Positions 50,957-62,056 of a stretch of 64,000 bases of DNA are shown here, piece by piece. Position numbers and translations under genes: made by a program. Below the pieces are notes generated by a model. It had not been told where the DNA came from and did not search any database. It saw only the letters and a program-made list of their open reading frames with translations. Positions within the stretch are counted from its first letter, which is position 1; each line of letters opens with the position of its first letter. Origin of the DNA: an uncultured Gammaproteobacteria bacterium (GTDB lineage Bacteria > Pseudomonadota > Gammaproteobacteria > UBA9214); the NCBI GenBank assembly GCA_963803275.1, contig CAWDLS010000001.1, forward strand, positions 215,020-279,019, read 5' to 3'.

Positions 50957-51034
50957 AAACGGGGTCGGTGTCGATTTGATTCACTGACGATGTATTATCA
51001 CTATCTTTAACGCAAATCGACACTGACCCCATTT
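50957..51034. repeat. MITE/REP-like inverted repeat (22-bp arms, 2 mismatches, 34-nt spacer) between lgt and thyA
   Basis: AAACGGGGTCGGTGTCGATTTG (50957-50978) versus the reverse complement of CAAATCGACACTGACCCCATTT (51013-51034). Confidence 0.8.
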
Positions 51035-51046
51035 ACCCCATTTTAT

Positions 51047-51844
51047 CTACCAGCTGACCTGTCCGTCGGTGCGCCGCATGGCATACACGTAGAATATCAG
51101 GCCTATGATGATCATGGGTAAGGACAGTATCTGGCCCATCGTCAGCCAGTTGAATGCCAGGTAGCCGATTTGCGCGTCGGGCGTGCGCAGAAACTCCACC
51201 ACGAAGCGAAACACACCATAACAGATCAGGTACAGGCCGGAAACCGCCATGGTGGGGCGCGGTTTGCGCGAATAGAGCCACAGAATCACGAACAACAACA
51301 CCCCCTCCAGCAGCAGTTCGTAGAGCATGGACGGATGGCGCGGTTGCGCATCGACGAAGGGAAACACCATGCCCCACGGCAGGTCGGTCGGTCGCCCCCA
51401 CAACTCGCCATTGATAAAATTACCCAGCCGCCCTGCCCCCAGCCCGATCGGCACCAGTGGCGCCAGGAAGTCGGTCACCATGAAAAAGGTGCGTCCGGTG
51501 TGGCGCGCATACAGCCACATCGCCACGAACACACCGAGCATGCCGCCGTGGTAGGACATCCCCCCCTGCCAGATGCGGAAGATCACCAGCGGGTCAGCCA
51601 GAAAGCCGCCAAAATTGTAGAACAGCGTGTAGCCGATACGTCCGCCCAGCACCGTGCCCAACGCGAAATAGAACACCAGGTCGCTGATCTCGGCAGCACG
51701 CCACGCCGTCCCCGGACGCCGGGTGCGCAGCACCCCGAGCCACCAGCCTGCCAGGAAGGCCACCAGGTACATCAACCCGTACCAGTGGACTTGCAGCGGA
51801 CCGATGGACACGGCAACGGGATCGATCGAGGGATAGGTCAGCAT
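51047..51844 (-). CDS. lgt: Prolipoprotein diacylglyceryl transferase
   Basis: [42 protein letters not shown]. Confidence 0.97.
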   Translation of the reverse strand: MLTYPSIDPVAVSIGPLQVHWYGLMYLVAFLAGWWLGVLRTRRPGTAWRAAEISDLVFYFALGTVLGGRIGYTLFYNFGGFLADPLVIFRIWQGGMSYHGGMLGVFVAMWLYARHTGRTFFMVTDFLAPLVPIGLGAGRLGNFINGELWGRPTDLPWGMVFPFVDAQPRHPSMLYELLLEGVLLFVILWLYSRKPRPTMAVSGLYLICYGVFRFVVEFLRTPDAQIGYLAFNWLTMGQILSLPMIIIGLIFYVYAMRRTDGQVSW

Positions 51845-51868
51845 ATCAGTCGTCAGCGCCGCGGCCGG

Positions 51869-53062
51869 TCACGCCTGCAAACGGCAGAAAAAGGCCTTGA
51901 GATAGGCCGTCTCGGCAATCGCCGGATGAACCGGGTGATCCATGCACTGGAAGCCGCGCTCCAGCACCTGCATCTGGCGCGCCTGCCGTATCGCGCCGCC
52001 TGCAGCAGGATCCCCTGCAACCGTTGTTCCGCAAGCAGCATGGAGCAGGAGCATGATATCAGGAACCCCCGGTGCCAACAGCTCCAGGGCCAGCAGGTTG
52101 AGCCGCGCATAACCCTGCTCACCAGCTGACATCACGGCGGCGCTTGATAAAGGCCGGCGGGTCGACGATCACCACATCGAACTGCCGGTGTTCGGTACGC
52201 ATGTCCTGATTATCTGGAAGGCGTCTCCCGGTACGACCCGCACCCGATCCTGCAGGTCATTGGCATGTGCGGTGCGCCGCAATGCATCCAGTGCCGGCGC
52301 AGAGGAATCCACGCACGTCGACCTCGGTGGCACCGGCATGCGCGGCTTGCAGACCCCAGGCGCCGACGTAACTGAACATGTCCAGCACCCGCAGGCCCTT
52401 TACGTACTTGTGCATTGCGAAACGGTTGCTGCGCTGGTCGTAGAACCAGCCGGTCTTCTGGCCTGCACCCAGCGGCACCTCGAAGCGGACACCGCATTCT
52501 TCCAGCGTCACGGTGCGGGTACATCACCCAGCACCGTGTTTTCCTGCGCCAGGCCCTCCAGCGCCCGTACCTGGCTGTCATTGCGCAGGAGGATCCCGGC
52601 GGGACGAAACATCCGCTGCAGGACTTCGACGATCACATTGCGGGCACGTTCCATGCCCGCCGTAGTGAGCTGTACCACCAGTACGTCCCCATAGCGATCG
52701 ACCACCAGCCCGGGCACACCGTCACTCTCGCCGAAGGCCAGCCGGTAGTACGGCTGCTCGAACAGGGACTCGCGCAGCGCCAGCGCAGCCTTCAGGCGAT
52801 GCTCAAGAAAGGCCGCATTCACGGTGGCGCCTGGCCGCCGGCTCAGCAGCCGCGCGCAGATCAGCGATTGCGGGTTGACATAGGCTGATCCCAGTACCCT
52901 GCCGGTCGCCGACTGGATGACCGCGGGCTCGCCCGCCTCGAAGTCTGACAGCGGCGTCTTCGCGGTATCGACTTCATTACTGTAAACCCACAGGTGTCCG
53001 GCACGCAGACGGCGGTCTTCGTCTTTCTTCAACACGAGGACCGGCAGCCTGACCTGGCTCAT
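51869..53062 (-). pseudogene. rlmI: RlmI-like class I SAM rRNA methyltransferase broken by about six single/double-base indels
   Basis: Intact N-terminal RLRAGHLWVYSNEV...GESDGVPGLVVDRY; then GQKTGWFYDQR, DMFSYVGAWG, CVDSS, FDVVIVDPPAF, ISCSCS and DHPVHPAIAETAYLK fall in changing frames. Confidence 0.85.
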
Positions 53063-53162
53063 CAACGTATCACCCTGTTGGTTAATTAACACTACCCTGT
53101 CCTGCCACCGGAAGGGGGCATGGACCGGATTGCGGGAAAGATCCCATACCCCGTCAGATCGC

Positions 53163-54764
53163 TTAATCAGGCAGCAAGCCGGGATCATCGATCACGCTGC
53201 GGCCGGCGAAGATGGCAAGGTACCCCGTTTGATAGGGTTGGGTAAATAGCGCGGCGGCCAGCTGTGCTGGCGGCCTGAATGTCTTGAACACCAGGTAGCC
53301 ATTCGGGTGCTGCCGCACCCACGCCAGCGCCTGCTCGGGTGTGAGTTGCAGCACCGCCCCGGTGAGTCGACCATAAAATCCGAACTGGCCGTGATAACTA
53401 TCGAGCGTCGCCACCGGACGGCCGGACGCCTGCGCCTCGGCAATGAGGCGGCTAACCTGCCTGAGGTCATAGGATGTTGCGCCGATGCGCAGTACACCCA
53501 CCTCAGCAATCACTACCACCATGACGGACAGTATGACCATGCGCCACGGATAGTGCGTGGGCAGTGCCGGCGGCAACAGCAACAGTATGACGGCGCCAGC
53601 AAGCAGCAGACCACCCCACAGCGGTTGCACGCTATTCAGCCACGGCGCCTTGTGGAGCACAAATGGCAGAACCATGCCGGCAATACCCAGCACGGCCAGC
53701 ACCATGGCCGGCAGCCACGGCCGCTGCGTGACTGGCCGCGCCGGGAGCAGGCTCAACGTTCGCGATACCAGCAAGGCAAATGCCGGCAGCACGGGTAACA
53801 GGTATTTGATCTGCTTGCCGCTGACCAGACTGAACAGCAGGAATACCGTGACCAGCCAGGTCAGGCACATTCGCAGGCCGGCGTCGCGTTGCCGCCAGGC
53901 CTGGTGCATCCCTGTCCACAGCCACGGCAGCAGTATCCATGGTGCGAACAGGACCGCCAGCCACGGCAGATACCACCAGACGGGGTGCGCATGGGCGAAT
54001 GAGTCCACTACGCGATCGGCTGTCTGGCCCCAGAAAATAGCTGCACGGTAGGCCGCCCCACCTGCTGCCGCGGCCGGCAGCGCCCAGGCAAGTGCGATCA
54101 GCGCGCCGATCACGACACTGGCCAGTACGCCGAGGTACCAGGACCACCAGCCGTGGCCCGGCCGGGTGGTTATCCAGAACGGTGCCAGCAACGCCACGGG
54201 CATGACATGCAGCAGTATAACCGGTCCCTTGGCCAGCACGCCCAGCCCGATGGCGAGTCCCGTGAGCAACCAGCCGGTGCTGCGATCATCCGCCGCCTGC
54301 GCGATGCCCAGCATGGCCAGCACCGTGCACAATACCAGCAACAGATCGATCTGCACCCAGGTAAAAAAGCCCACCAGAGTGACACATGAAAACAGCACCA
54401 CGGGCGCAAGCCACGCGACCTGTCCGTCATCCGGCCACAGGCGGCGCGCCAGCAACGCAGTAGGCACCAGCGTCACCAGCGCCAACAGTGGCGCCACCAG
54501 ACGCACGACCCATTCGCTGACACCAAACAGCCACCAGCCGGCATGGGCGAGCCAGAAGAACAGCGGCGGTTTGTGGCTGTAGGGCGCACCGTTCAGATGC
54601 GGCACGAGAAAATCGCCACGCACCCACATTTCCCAGGCCACCGCGGCATAGCGCGACTCGTCGATGGGAATGAGCGGTCGTGTCAGCAGTCCGGCCAGCG
54701 TGGCAAGCAGCCACAGGCAACACAGCGCCGGCCAGACCACGTTGCGGGAATTCAGCCCGGGCAT
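53163..54764 (-). CDS. ArnT/PMT_2 (GT-C) undecaprenyl-phosphate-sugar-dependent glycosyltransferase
   Basis: PIDESRYAAVAWEM..GDFLVPHLNG.PYSHKPPLFFW; GVLAKGPV; AHAHPVWWY; multiple TM segments. Confidence 0.88.
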   Translation of the reverse strand: MPGLNSRNVVWPALCCLWLLATLAGLLTRPLIPIDESRYAAVAWEMWVRGDFLVPHLNGAPYSHKPPLFFWLAHAGWWLFGVSEWVVRLVAPLLALVTLVPTALLARRLWPDDGQVAWLAPVVLFSCVTLVGFFTWVQIDLLLVLCTVLAMLGIAQAADDRSTGWLLTGLAIGLGVLAKGPVILLHVMPVALLAPFWITTRPGHGWWSWYLGVLASVVIGALIALAWALPAAAAGGAAYRAAIFWGQTADRVVDSFAHAHPVWWYLPWLAVLFAPWILLPWLWTGMHQAWRQRDAGLRMCLTWLVTVFLLFSLVSGKQIKYLLPVLPAFALLVSRTLSLLPARPVTQRPWLPAMVLAVLGIAGMVLPFVLHKAPWLNSVQPLWGGLLLAGAVILLLLPPALPTHYPWRMVILSVMVVVIAEVGVLRIGATSYDLRQVSRLIAEAQASGRPVATLDSYHGQFGFYGRLTGAVLQLTPEQALAWVRQHPNGYLVFKTFRPPAQLAAALFTQPYQTGYLAIFAGRSVIDDPGLLPD

Positions 54765-54786
54765 ACGCGTGTAGCCTTGCCGCGCA

Positions 54787-55368
54787 TCAAGCCCGCCGTG
54801 CCATGGATGAATCATCCGGAACACTCCCAGCCGGTTCGTCCATGCTGTAGAAACGACGGTAGCGGCCAGGCAGCCAGGTACCGGGAAACGCCGACACGAC
54901 GAATGTCACCACGTTGCTGGCGGCCTGCCGGAACACCTGCAGCTGGCTGCCACACCCGACCCACGCAACAATCAGCATCTGCGGAAGATAGGCCGGCGAC
55001 GAGCCCGGAAAAAACGGTAAACAGCGCAGCGCCGATGTCCCGGCTGCAAGCTTCAACAGCCTGTTATCGCCGACCGGCAATTGCTGGAACAGCGATGTCG
55101 CGGTGAGGGTATGCTCGCCTATGAGGCCGTCCAGCCTGCGCATGCGCGCACCATGCCGGCCTGCCAGAAACGCGCGCAATAACAGGCTGACACCGTCGAT
55201 AATGATCCTGCCAGCCAGGATGACAGCCCCCATGGAGGGCACGGTGCCGGCAGGAAAACCGATTTCGCATCCCGCGAACAAGACTGTCAGCTGCCGGGAC
55301 AGGCCGATACCGGCCAGCAGACCGGTTATCACCACCAGGCCGTGCCGCACAAAGCGCGTCATGGTCAT
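54787..55368 (-). pseudogene. Degenerate VTT/DedA-superfamily membrane protein remnant
   Basis: RQLTVLFAG..IG...GT, QLPVGDNRLLKLAAG..ALRCLPFFPGSSPAYLPQ resembles the VTT pattern RLLPVGSN...NLAAG...FF.GS..GY.PQ with eroded motifs and a short N-terminus. Confidence 0.55.
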
Positions 55369-55922
55369 GCCTCGCCGGTCTCTGCCGCCTCGGGGTGCAC
55401 GCGGCAGCACACACGGAACTCGCCCGGCCTGTCGATGATGCCTGTCCCTGAGCGTTGCAGTACAGCGCAGCTGGAGCGGCCACGTCGCCGTTCGTGATGG
55501 TGGACCTCGATCGACAACACCGCGCCACCCTGGTATTGCATGAGTCCCGGCAGGAAACGGTGCCTGTGATCCAGGTGTGGCAACGTAAGGAACAGCATAC
55601 GTGGAAACAGTCTCATGCCAGCGCCGGAATCCGGGGTATTTCCGGGCAGCAACCCGACGTGCACCGTGTTTGCGAGGATTGTGAAAGCGGCACACCGCTG
55701 GCAATGGCTGCACTCCGGTCACTGCGGCGGTTGTGACACAACACCCTCGGCCGTGACTGCCGGTCGCGACTGTCCTGTAATATTCCGGGCGCATTTTCGG
55801 TGCTGCCGTCATCCGCGGCCACGATTTCGTATTCGAGCATGCCGTCCAGTTGCGCCGGTACCTCGCCGGGCAACGCTGCTGTCCGCTTCGTCATACACGG
55901 GTACGACAATGGTTGGGTCCAC
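55365..55922 (-). pseudogene. GT2 polyprenol-phosphate glycosyltransferase (ArnC/Dpm1-like) remnant
   Basis: TIVVPVYDEAD | EYEIVAADDGSTE | NTPDSGAGMRLFPR..FLTLPHLDHRHRFLPGLMQ..GG.V.SIEVHHHERRRGRS in different frames; DGDGQNDP segment absent. Confidence 0.75.
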
Positions 55923-56022
55923 GTTATAACCCTATAACAGGTGGGTGTGATTAGCCGGTTGTGCGACACGCCAAGATGCGTGGTCTATAGTACAATGCCA
56001 CGTATCAGGTTTCAGCAGCAGC

Positions 56023-58101
56023 ATGAACAAACACCGCGAATATAACAATCATCTCGCCGGCGAGACCAGTCCCTACCTTCTGCAACATGCACACAACCCG
56101 GTCGACTGGTATCCGTGGGGACCGGATGCACTCGAGAAGGCACGCCGCGAAAACAGGCCAATCCTGCTGTCAGTCGGCTATTCCGCCTGTCACTGGTGCC
56201 ACGTCATGGCCCATGAGTCGTTTGAAGACCCGGATACCGCCAAACTGATGAATGCACATTTCGTCAACATCAAGGTGGATCGTGAAGAACGGCCTGACCT
56301 GGACAGGATTTACCAGGCGGCCCACTCGCTGCTGACCCGCCGCCCCGGCGGCTGGCCGCTGACGGTATTCCTGACGCCGGACGACCGGGTGCCGTTTTTT
56401 GCCGGCACCTATTTCCCGAATACACCGCGCCATGGCATGCCGTCGTTCCGCGAGCTGATGCAGCGCATCGTCGAGTATCTCGCCGCGCACGAGGAACAAA
56501 TTCGCATCCAGAACAGTTCGCTGGTCAGTGCTTTGCAGTCAATGAACGCCGGTACGGCCGCCGTGAGCATCAACGCGCTGCCACTGGATGCCGCGCGGCA
56601 GCAACTGGAAAACAGTTTCGATGCCCGCGACGGTGGATTTGGCGACGCACCGAAATTCCCGCACCCTACCAACCTGGAACGGCTGCTGAGGCACTGGGCC
56701 GGCAGCCACGGCGCAACCGGTCAACCCGACCTGCGCGCCCTGCACATGGCGATCTTCAGCCTCGAAAAGATGGCACGCGGCGGTGTATTTGACCAGCTCG
56801 GCGGCGGTTTCTACCGTTATTCCGTCGATACACGCTGGATGATCCCGCACTTCGAGAAAATGCTCTACGACAACGGCGCCTTGCTGGCGCTGTACGCCGA
56901 GGCATGGGCGGCAACGCATAACCCGTTGTTTGCACGTATCTGCCGGCAGACCGCCGGCTGGGTGATGCGCGATATGCAATTCCCGGACGGCGGCTACTGT
57001 TCCAGTCTGGACGCCGACTCCGAGGGCGAGGAAGGCAGGTACTACGTCTGGACACACGGTCAGGTCCATGCACAACTGGCGACGGCGGACTACGCCCTGT
57101 TCGCCCGCCGTTACGGACTGGACCATCCCGCCAACTTCGAGGGCCGCTGGCATCTGCACGTCTACCGCACCATCGAACAGCTGGGTCAGGAATTCCCGCT
57201 CGGCACCGATGAAGTACAGGTCATCATCGAACGATGCCGTGCGCAGCTGCTCGAGGAACGTGCGCGACGTATACCACCGGCACGCGATGACAAGGTGCTC
57301 ACGTCGTGGAACGGCCTGATGATGCGCGGCATGGCGATCGCCGGGCGATACCTGGCCGAACCGTCCTGGATCGCCTCGGCGGAACGCGCACTCGATTTTA
57401 TCAGGATCACACTCTGGCAGAACGGGCGGTTGCTGGCCACTTACAAGGACGGACGGGCGCACCTGAATGCCTACCTGGACGATTACGTCTACCTGATTGA
57501 TGCCATCCTGGAACTGCTGCAGGTGCGCTGGCGGGACGGTGATCTCACCTTCGCCATCGAACTCGCCGATGCCGTGCTGGCACACTTCCAGGATCCGGCC
57601 GGCGGGTTCTTCTTCACCTCGGACGACCACGAGACACTGATCCAGCGTCCGCGCGCTGACCATGACGATGCCATGCCCGCGGGCAACGGCATCGCCGCCA
57701 GGGTGTTCGGACGCCTCGGCCACCTGCTTGGTGAATCCCGCTACCTGCACGCCGCGGAAGGCACCCTGAAAAGCGCATGGGCCGGCATCGAGTCCATGCC
57801 ATACGGCCATGCGTCCCTGCTCGTGGCGCTTGAGGAATCGCTGTTTGGGCTGCAGACAGTCATCATCCGCGGCACACAACCCGAACTCGCGGACTGGTGT
57901 GCTGACACGGCACGCGCCTATGCCCCGCGACGCCTGACGCTGGCCATACCGGACACAGTCAACGCACTGCCGGAGGAGCTGGCGGCACGCCGACCGCTGC
58001 AGCAAACGGTTGCCTACATTTGCAACGGCATGACCTGCAGTGCACCGGTCACCGACCGGGACGTATTCATCGGGTTACTGGACACAGCAGCGAATGGATA
58101 G
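56023..58101 (+). CDS. YyaL/SSP411 family (thioredoxin-like DUF255 domain plus alpha/alpha barrel)
   Basis: [67 protein letters not shown]. Confidence 0.95.
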   Translation: MNKHREYNNHLAGETSPYLLQHAHNPVDWYPWGPDALEKARRENRPILLSVGYSACHWCHVMAHESFEDPDTAKLMNAHFVNIKVDREERPDLDRIYQAAHSLLTRRPGGWPLTVFLTPDDRVPFFAGTYFPNTPRHGMPSFRELMQRIVEYLAAHEEQIRIQNSSLVSALQSMNAGTAAVSINALPLDAARQQLENSFDARDGGFGDAPKFPHPTNLERLLRHWAGSHGATGQPDLRALHMAIFSLEKMARGGVFDQLGGGFYRYSVDTRWMIPHFEKMLYDNGALLALYAEAWAATHNPLFARICRQTAGWVMRDMQFPDGGYCSSLDADSEGEEGRYYVWTHGQVHAQLATADYALFARRYGLDHPANFEGRWHLHVYRTIEQLGQEFPLGTDEVQVIIERCRAQLLEERARRIPPARDDKVLTSWNGLMMRGMAIAGRYLAEPSWIASAERALDFIRITLWQNGRLLATYKDGRAHLNAYLDDYVYLIDAILELLQVRWRDGDLTFAIELADAVLAHFQDPAGGFFFTSDDHETLIQRPRADHDDAMPAGNGIAARVFGRLGHLLGESRYLHAAEGTLKSAWAGIESMPYGHASLLVALEESLFGLQTVIIRGTQPELADWCADTARAYAPRRLTLAIPDTVNALPEELAARRPLQQTVAYICNGMTCSAPVTDRDVFIGLLDTAANG

Positions 58102-58193
58102 AATCAGCACGGCGTAATACAGCGTAGTCTCCGGTCTGCGGGGCAGTACAGCTGCCTTGCTCCGGAACCCGATTTTACTGGAGCACTATTTCC

Positions 58194-58610
58194 ATGAGCG
58201 ATACGACCCAGATACTGCAACTCCCCGATGCACAGCTTGCGTCCATCGAGCACGACGGCGATACATTCACCCTGCGCTTTTCCCGGGTGCAACTGGTCCA
58301 GGAAATGGAAGGGGCATTCGAGGATTCGTTGTGGTCACAGGCAGTCAACCTGACCATCCGCGGCGCGACTCTGGAAGGCACACTTCCGGATTGCCCCTGC
58401 ACCATCAAGAGCGGCGATCTGACCGACAATATCTATACCTACCGTGACCATACCCCGCTGCCCGTGAAGTGGTACGGCGAGGCGGCCTGTCAGCTGATCG
58501 TTGCCGGCACAGGTGCCGGTTTCCTGCTACGCGGTACCGACATGGAAATTGAGCAGCTGGACTATCCGCGCTACATCAGGCACATAAAGAAAACCTGGCA
58601 GGAGACCTGA
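58194..58610 (+). CDS. Hypothetical protein (138 aa)
   Basis: GGAG site; coding-like codon use; no family recognised. Confidence 0.75.
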   Translation: MSDTTQILQLPDAQLASIEHDGDTFTLRFSRVQLVQEMEGAFEDSLWSQAVNLTIRGATLEGTLPDCPCTIKSGDLTDNIYTYRDHTPLPVKWYGEAACQLIVAGTGAGFLLRGTDMEIEQLDYPRYIRHIKKTWQET

Positions 58611-58614
58611 AATG

Positions 58615-58632
58615 ACAGGGACACGTCCCTGT
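58615..58632. repeat. Short palindrome (REP-like)
   Basis: ACAGGGAC-AC-GTCCCTGT just after the stop codon. Confidence 0.45.
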
Positions 58633-58683
58633 GTCCACATCCTTGTTGCCGCATACAGTAATCAATGTCTGTATGCGGGACAC

Positions 58684-58699
58684 TAGTACATCCGTACTA
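58684..58699. promoter_or_regulatory. Inverted repeat, candidate operator upstream of the response regulator
   Basis: TAGTAC-ATCC-GTACTA in an AT-rich intergenic stretch. Confidence 0.4.
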
Positions 58700-58840
58700 A
58701 TACTTGTTTACTAGTTTTCTGGCACATCCGCCAATTTCATTCCCTATCTCTTGCGACTGGTCAATTAACCTGCGGATTTTTGGGCATAATATATTGTCAC
58801 CAGCCACTGCGCGGCGATAATCACCCATTCAGATAACGAC

Positions 58841-59545
58841 ATGTACACCCGGGGAACATTGAAAGACTGCCTGACAATCCTCATTGCCGATGATCATAGT
58901 CTGGTTCGCGATGGTCTCAAGATCGCCCTGGATGGTCTGCCCACCCGGTGCATACCGCTTGAGGCTGCATCCGCGGCGCAGGTATACGAGATCATGTCAG
59001 CACACCCTGACATCGACCTGATCATACTGGACCTGCAATTACCCGATGTAAGTGACCTGGAATTGCTGACAGAACTGTGCAACACCCGGCCCGACATTCC
59101 GGTTGCCGTGGTTTCGTCCAGTGAGGATTGCCGCATCATGCAACGCGCCATCGAGTACGGCGCAGCGGGATACATTCCCAAGAGTGTTGCAAAAGGCGTG
59201 CTGATCAGTGCCATGCAACTGATTCTGTCCGGCGGAGTGTACATCCCGTCTGAATTGTTCGACAGCAATGAAACGGGCCCCGTGACGGCCGGCAGGGAAG
59301 GTGCAGCTGGTGGCATTCATCAACGGGGCGCCTCGGCCAGGCGGGAAATCTTTACCGCCCGGCAGCTGGATGTCCTCGAACTGATGGCCGGCGGTCATTC
59401 AAACAAGTCCATAGCCAGCCAGCTTGGCCTCTCGGAGCACACCATCAAGATCCACATCTCGGCGATACTCAGGATCCTTGATGTCAGTAACCGCACCGAG
59501 GCGGCGATGGCCTGCAGGAAACTGGGGCTGTTCGAGCCACACTGA
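58841..59545 (+). CDS. NarL/FixJ (LuxR HTH) response regulator
   Basis: IADDH, LIILDLQLP, GYIPK; TARQLDVL..MAGGHSNKSIA..LGLSEHTIKIH. Confidence 0.93.
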   Translation: MYTRGTLKDCLTILIADDHSLVRDGLKIALDGLPTRCIPLEAASAAQVYEIMSAHPDIDLIILDLQLPDVSDLELLTELCNTRPDIPVAVVSSSEDCRIMQRAIEYGAAGYIPKSVAKGVLISAMQLILSGGVYIPSELFDSNETGPVTAGREGAAGGIHQRGASARREIFTARQLDVLELMAGGHSNKSIASQLGLSEHTIKIHISAILRILDVSNRTEAAMACRKLGLFEPH

Positions 59546-59921
59546 ACTAGGGAAACCCTGATTAAGCCCTCAATGGGACAACTACGTGGAGAATGCACGT
59601 GGATGTGCGACCACAAACACCTGCACGTCCATGTGCATCGTCGCACAGGGCACGAAAAAGTCGGGGCGGGGAGCCCGGTCGAGAGACTGACTGTGGCCCA
59701 TGCCGTGAGCGAGCGCAGGAGGCAGGGAGCAGGCGCCCCAGGCGGCGCCCGGTGCAGTCACCGGGGAAAGCAATGACGAAGTATGTTGTTTAATCAGAAA
59801 TTTCCAGATACGGCGATATACAGCAGTACCGGGCTGCAACACGGGGCAGGCCGGATTTGCAAAAGGGATGGAACCCTGATCCGTATAAACAGGTGTGAGT
59901 CGGAATAGAGGGGAACCGCGT

Positions 59922-62021
59922 ATGACACTACCACATTCTCAGTCTGCTTTCCTGAAACATGCTGTTGCCCTGCTGCTGTTGCCCATGGCCGTAACGTCGC
60001 ACACGGCCGTGGCGGCAGCCGCGCCTGGACCGGGCACGGTTGCGCTGCAGGAGAACGAGGAAGATTTTACCGGTGATATCGATACCGTGATCTCCGCCAC
60101 GCGCATTCGCCAGCCGCTGACCGAGTCGCCTTCATCGGTCACCATCATCGACCGTGACACCATTGTCGCATCCGGCGCCATCGAGATCGCGGACGTACTC
60201 CGGCTGGTACCGGGTATTCAGGTCGCCTACCCGCAGGGTAACCAGCTTGCTGTCACCTACCATGGATTTGGCGATGCCTTCCCGCGCAGCATGCAGGTAC
60301 TGGTCGACGGACGTTCGATCTACCAGCCCTCCTTTGCCGATGTGGACTGGCTGTTCCTGGGAATCGAGCTGGAAGACATCGAGCGTATCGAGGTCATTCG
60401 CGGGCCAAACAGCGCGTTGTACGGATCGAATGCGGTGTCCGGCGTGATCAATATCATCACCAGGCTGCCCTGGCAGGACCGGGGCACGGCGGCGCGTGTC
60501 ACGGCCGGTGACCTGAACACGCGTCAAGGCATGCTACGACATAATGGCAAGCAAGGCGCGCTGGACTACCGCGTGACGCTGAATTACCAGGAAAGCACCG
60601 GCCTGGAAGGCAATTCGGAATCCACCAACGACGGGCGACAGCTTGGCGGTGCGTCATTTCGCGGCCTGTGGAATCCGCGCCCGAGCGACGAATTCGATAT
60701 CCAGCTCGGCTACACTGCCGGTGACCTGGGTGGCGGTGCCGAGGCGCGGAACAACCCGCCTGCACATGACAAACAGGTCTCGAGTGACTATGAGTTCATC
60801 AGCTGGCGACGCGCATTGCGGGACGAGGCCGATATTCGCTGGCAGTTCTATCACAATGGTTACGACTCGAACGATCATTATCGCCAATTGCTGTCGGATG
60901 CGTACGGCCAGCCTGACGCGGTGATCCAGGCACTGCTGGGCACGGCCCCCAACGAGTCGGCGAACTTCGGCCTGTTCGATTACCAGGGCCAGCGCTACGA
61001 CACGGAACTGCAATACACCTCGCCGCAAAAAGGCCGTCTGCGCACCGTGGCCGGGGCAGGCATCCGGCTCAACCGCCTCGAATCCGAAGTGCTGACCAAC
61101 CGCACTGACTGGATTGACGAACTGAGCGAGCGCATCTTTGTGAACCTGGGCTACCGCGCAACCGACCGGCTGCTGTTTAATTTCGGCGCCATGGCCGAGA
61201 ACAGCGATCAGTTCGGCGCCTACCTCTCGCCGCGCATCGATGCGAACTGGCTGTTTGACCCGGAGCATTCTGCCCGATTGAGCTATGCCCGTGCCAAGCG
61301 CAACCCGTCACTGGTCGAGAGCCAGTTCAACAACGTCTACGAGCTGGATAACGGAACACCCTACCTGATCGACTTCGTTTCCAACGATCCCGGACCGGAA
61401 ACGCTGACATCGATCGAGCTGGGCTATACCGGTTACTGGTTGAGGCGCCGCCTGATGCTCGATGCCAAGCTGTTCCATGAACAGACCGATGACCGGATTC
61501 GTTTTGTCAACGACCTGTCCCTGCAGCAGCCATTCCCCGCAATAACCGCCCTGTTCCCGGTCCGGGTTCTCCTCAACGACGGTTTTGTCAGGGTCATTGG
61601 CGGCGAACTGCAGTTGAAATACCAGGCCGGACCACGTGACTTTATCTCGGCCCAGGTCTCGAAGCTGGAGACCGATGCCAGCTGGCGCCTGCAGCTGAAT
61701 CCCGACTTTGTGACAGTCTGGAATGAAAGCATTGCACCGGTCTATACCACCAGCATCCTGGCCAGCAAGACACTGCCGGACGGGTTCGAGGCCAGTGCCG
61801 CCTGGTACTACGTATCCAACATGATCTGGCTGGGCGACGGCGACCGTATCAAGGGCTACAACCGGACCGACGTGCGGCTGGCACGACGCTGGAAAAGCGT
61901 GGGCACCGACATGATGCTGGAAGCGATCGTGCAGAATATCGGCGACGACTACATCACCTTCCGCGATGAGAATCTCTTCGAGACGCGCGCCTACCTTCGA
62001 TTTACGATCGATTTCAGGTAA
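59922..62021 (+). CDS. TonB-dependent receptor
   Basis: Signal peptide; plug VISATR...SPSSVTIIDR...DVLRLVPG...VLVDGRS..DIERIEVIRGPNSALYGSNAVSGVINIIT; C-terminal LRFTIDFR. Confidence 0.93.
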   Translation: MTLPHSQSAFLKHAVALLLLPMAVTSHTAVAAAAPGPGTVALQENEEDFTGDIDTVISATRIRQPLTESPSSVTIIDRDTIVASGAIEIADVLRLVPGIQVAYPQGNQLAVTYHGFGDAFPRSMQVLVDGRSIYQPSFADVDWLFLGIELEDIERIEVIRGPNSALYGSNAVSGVINIITRLPWQDRGTAARVTAGDLNTRQGMLRHNGKQGALDYRVTLNYQESTGLEGNSESTNDGRQLGGASFRGLWNPRPSDEFDIQLGYTAGDLGGGAEARNNPPAHDKQVSSDYEFISWRRALRDEADIRWQFYHNGYDSNDHYRQLLSDAYGQPDAVIQALLGTAPNESANFGLFDYQGQRYDTELQYTSPQKGRLRTVAGAGIRLNRLESEVLTNRTDWIDELSERIFVNLGYRATDRLLFNFGAMAENSDQFGAYLSPRIDANWLFDPEHSARLSYARAKRNPSLVESQFNNVYELDNGTPYLIDFVSNDPGPETLTSIELGYTGYWLRRRLMLDAKLFHEQTDDRIRFVNDLSLQQPFPAITALFPVRVLLNDGFVRVIGGELQLKYQAGPRDFISAQVSKLETDASWRLQLNPDFVTVWNESIAPVYTTSILASKTLPDGFEASAAWYYVSNMIWLGDGDRIKGYNRTDVRLARRWKSVGTDMMLEAIVQNIGDDYITFRDENLFETRAYLRFTIDFR

Positions 62022-62056
62022 CGGCTGGCCCGCAGCTCACGACAACGGACGTTCGT

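Noticed and set aside
49606-50979. 457-aa plus-strand ORF
   Set aside because: In-register antisense of thyA and folA
56539-58005. 488-aa minus-strand ORF (likewise 41013-42161, 48386-49312, 51170-52129 and similar)
   Set aside because: Antisense shadows of high-GC genes with clear family motifs on the other strand
59636-59700. GCACAGGGC... resembling the start of a c-di-GMP-I riboswitch upstream of the TonB receptor
   Set aside because: Lacks the GGCAAAC and GCAAAG/GNRA-receptor elements; no cobalamin riboswitch core seen either
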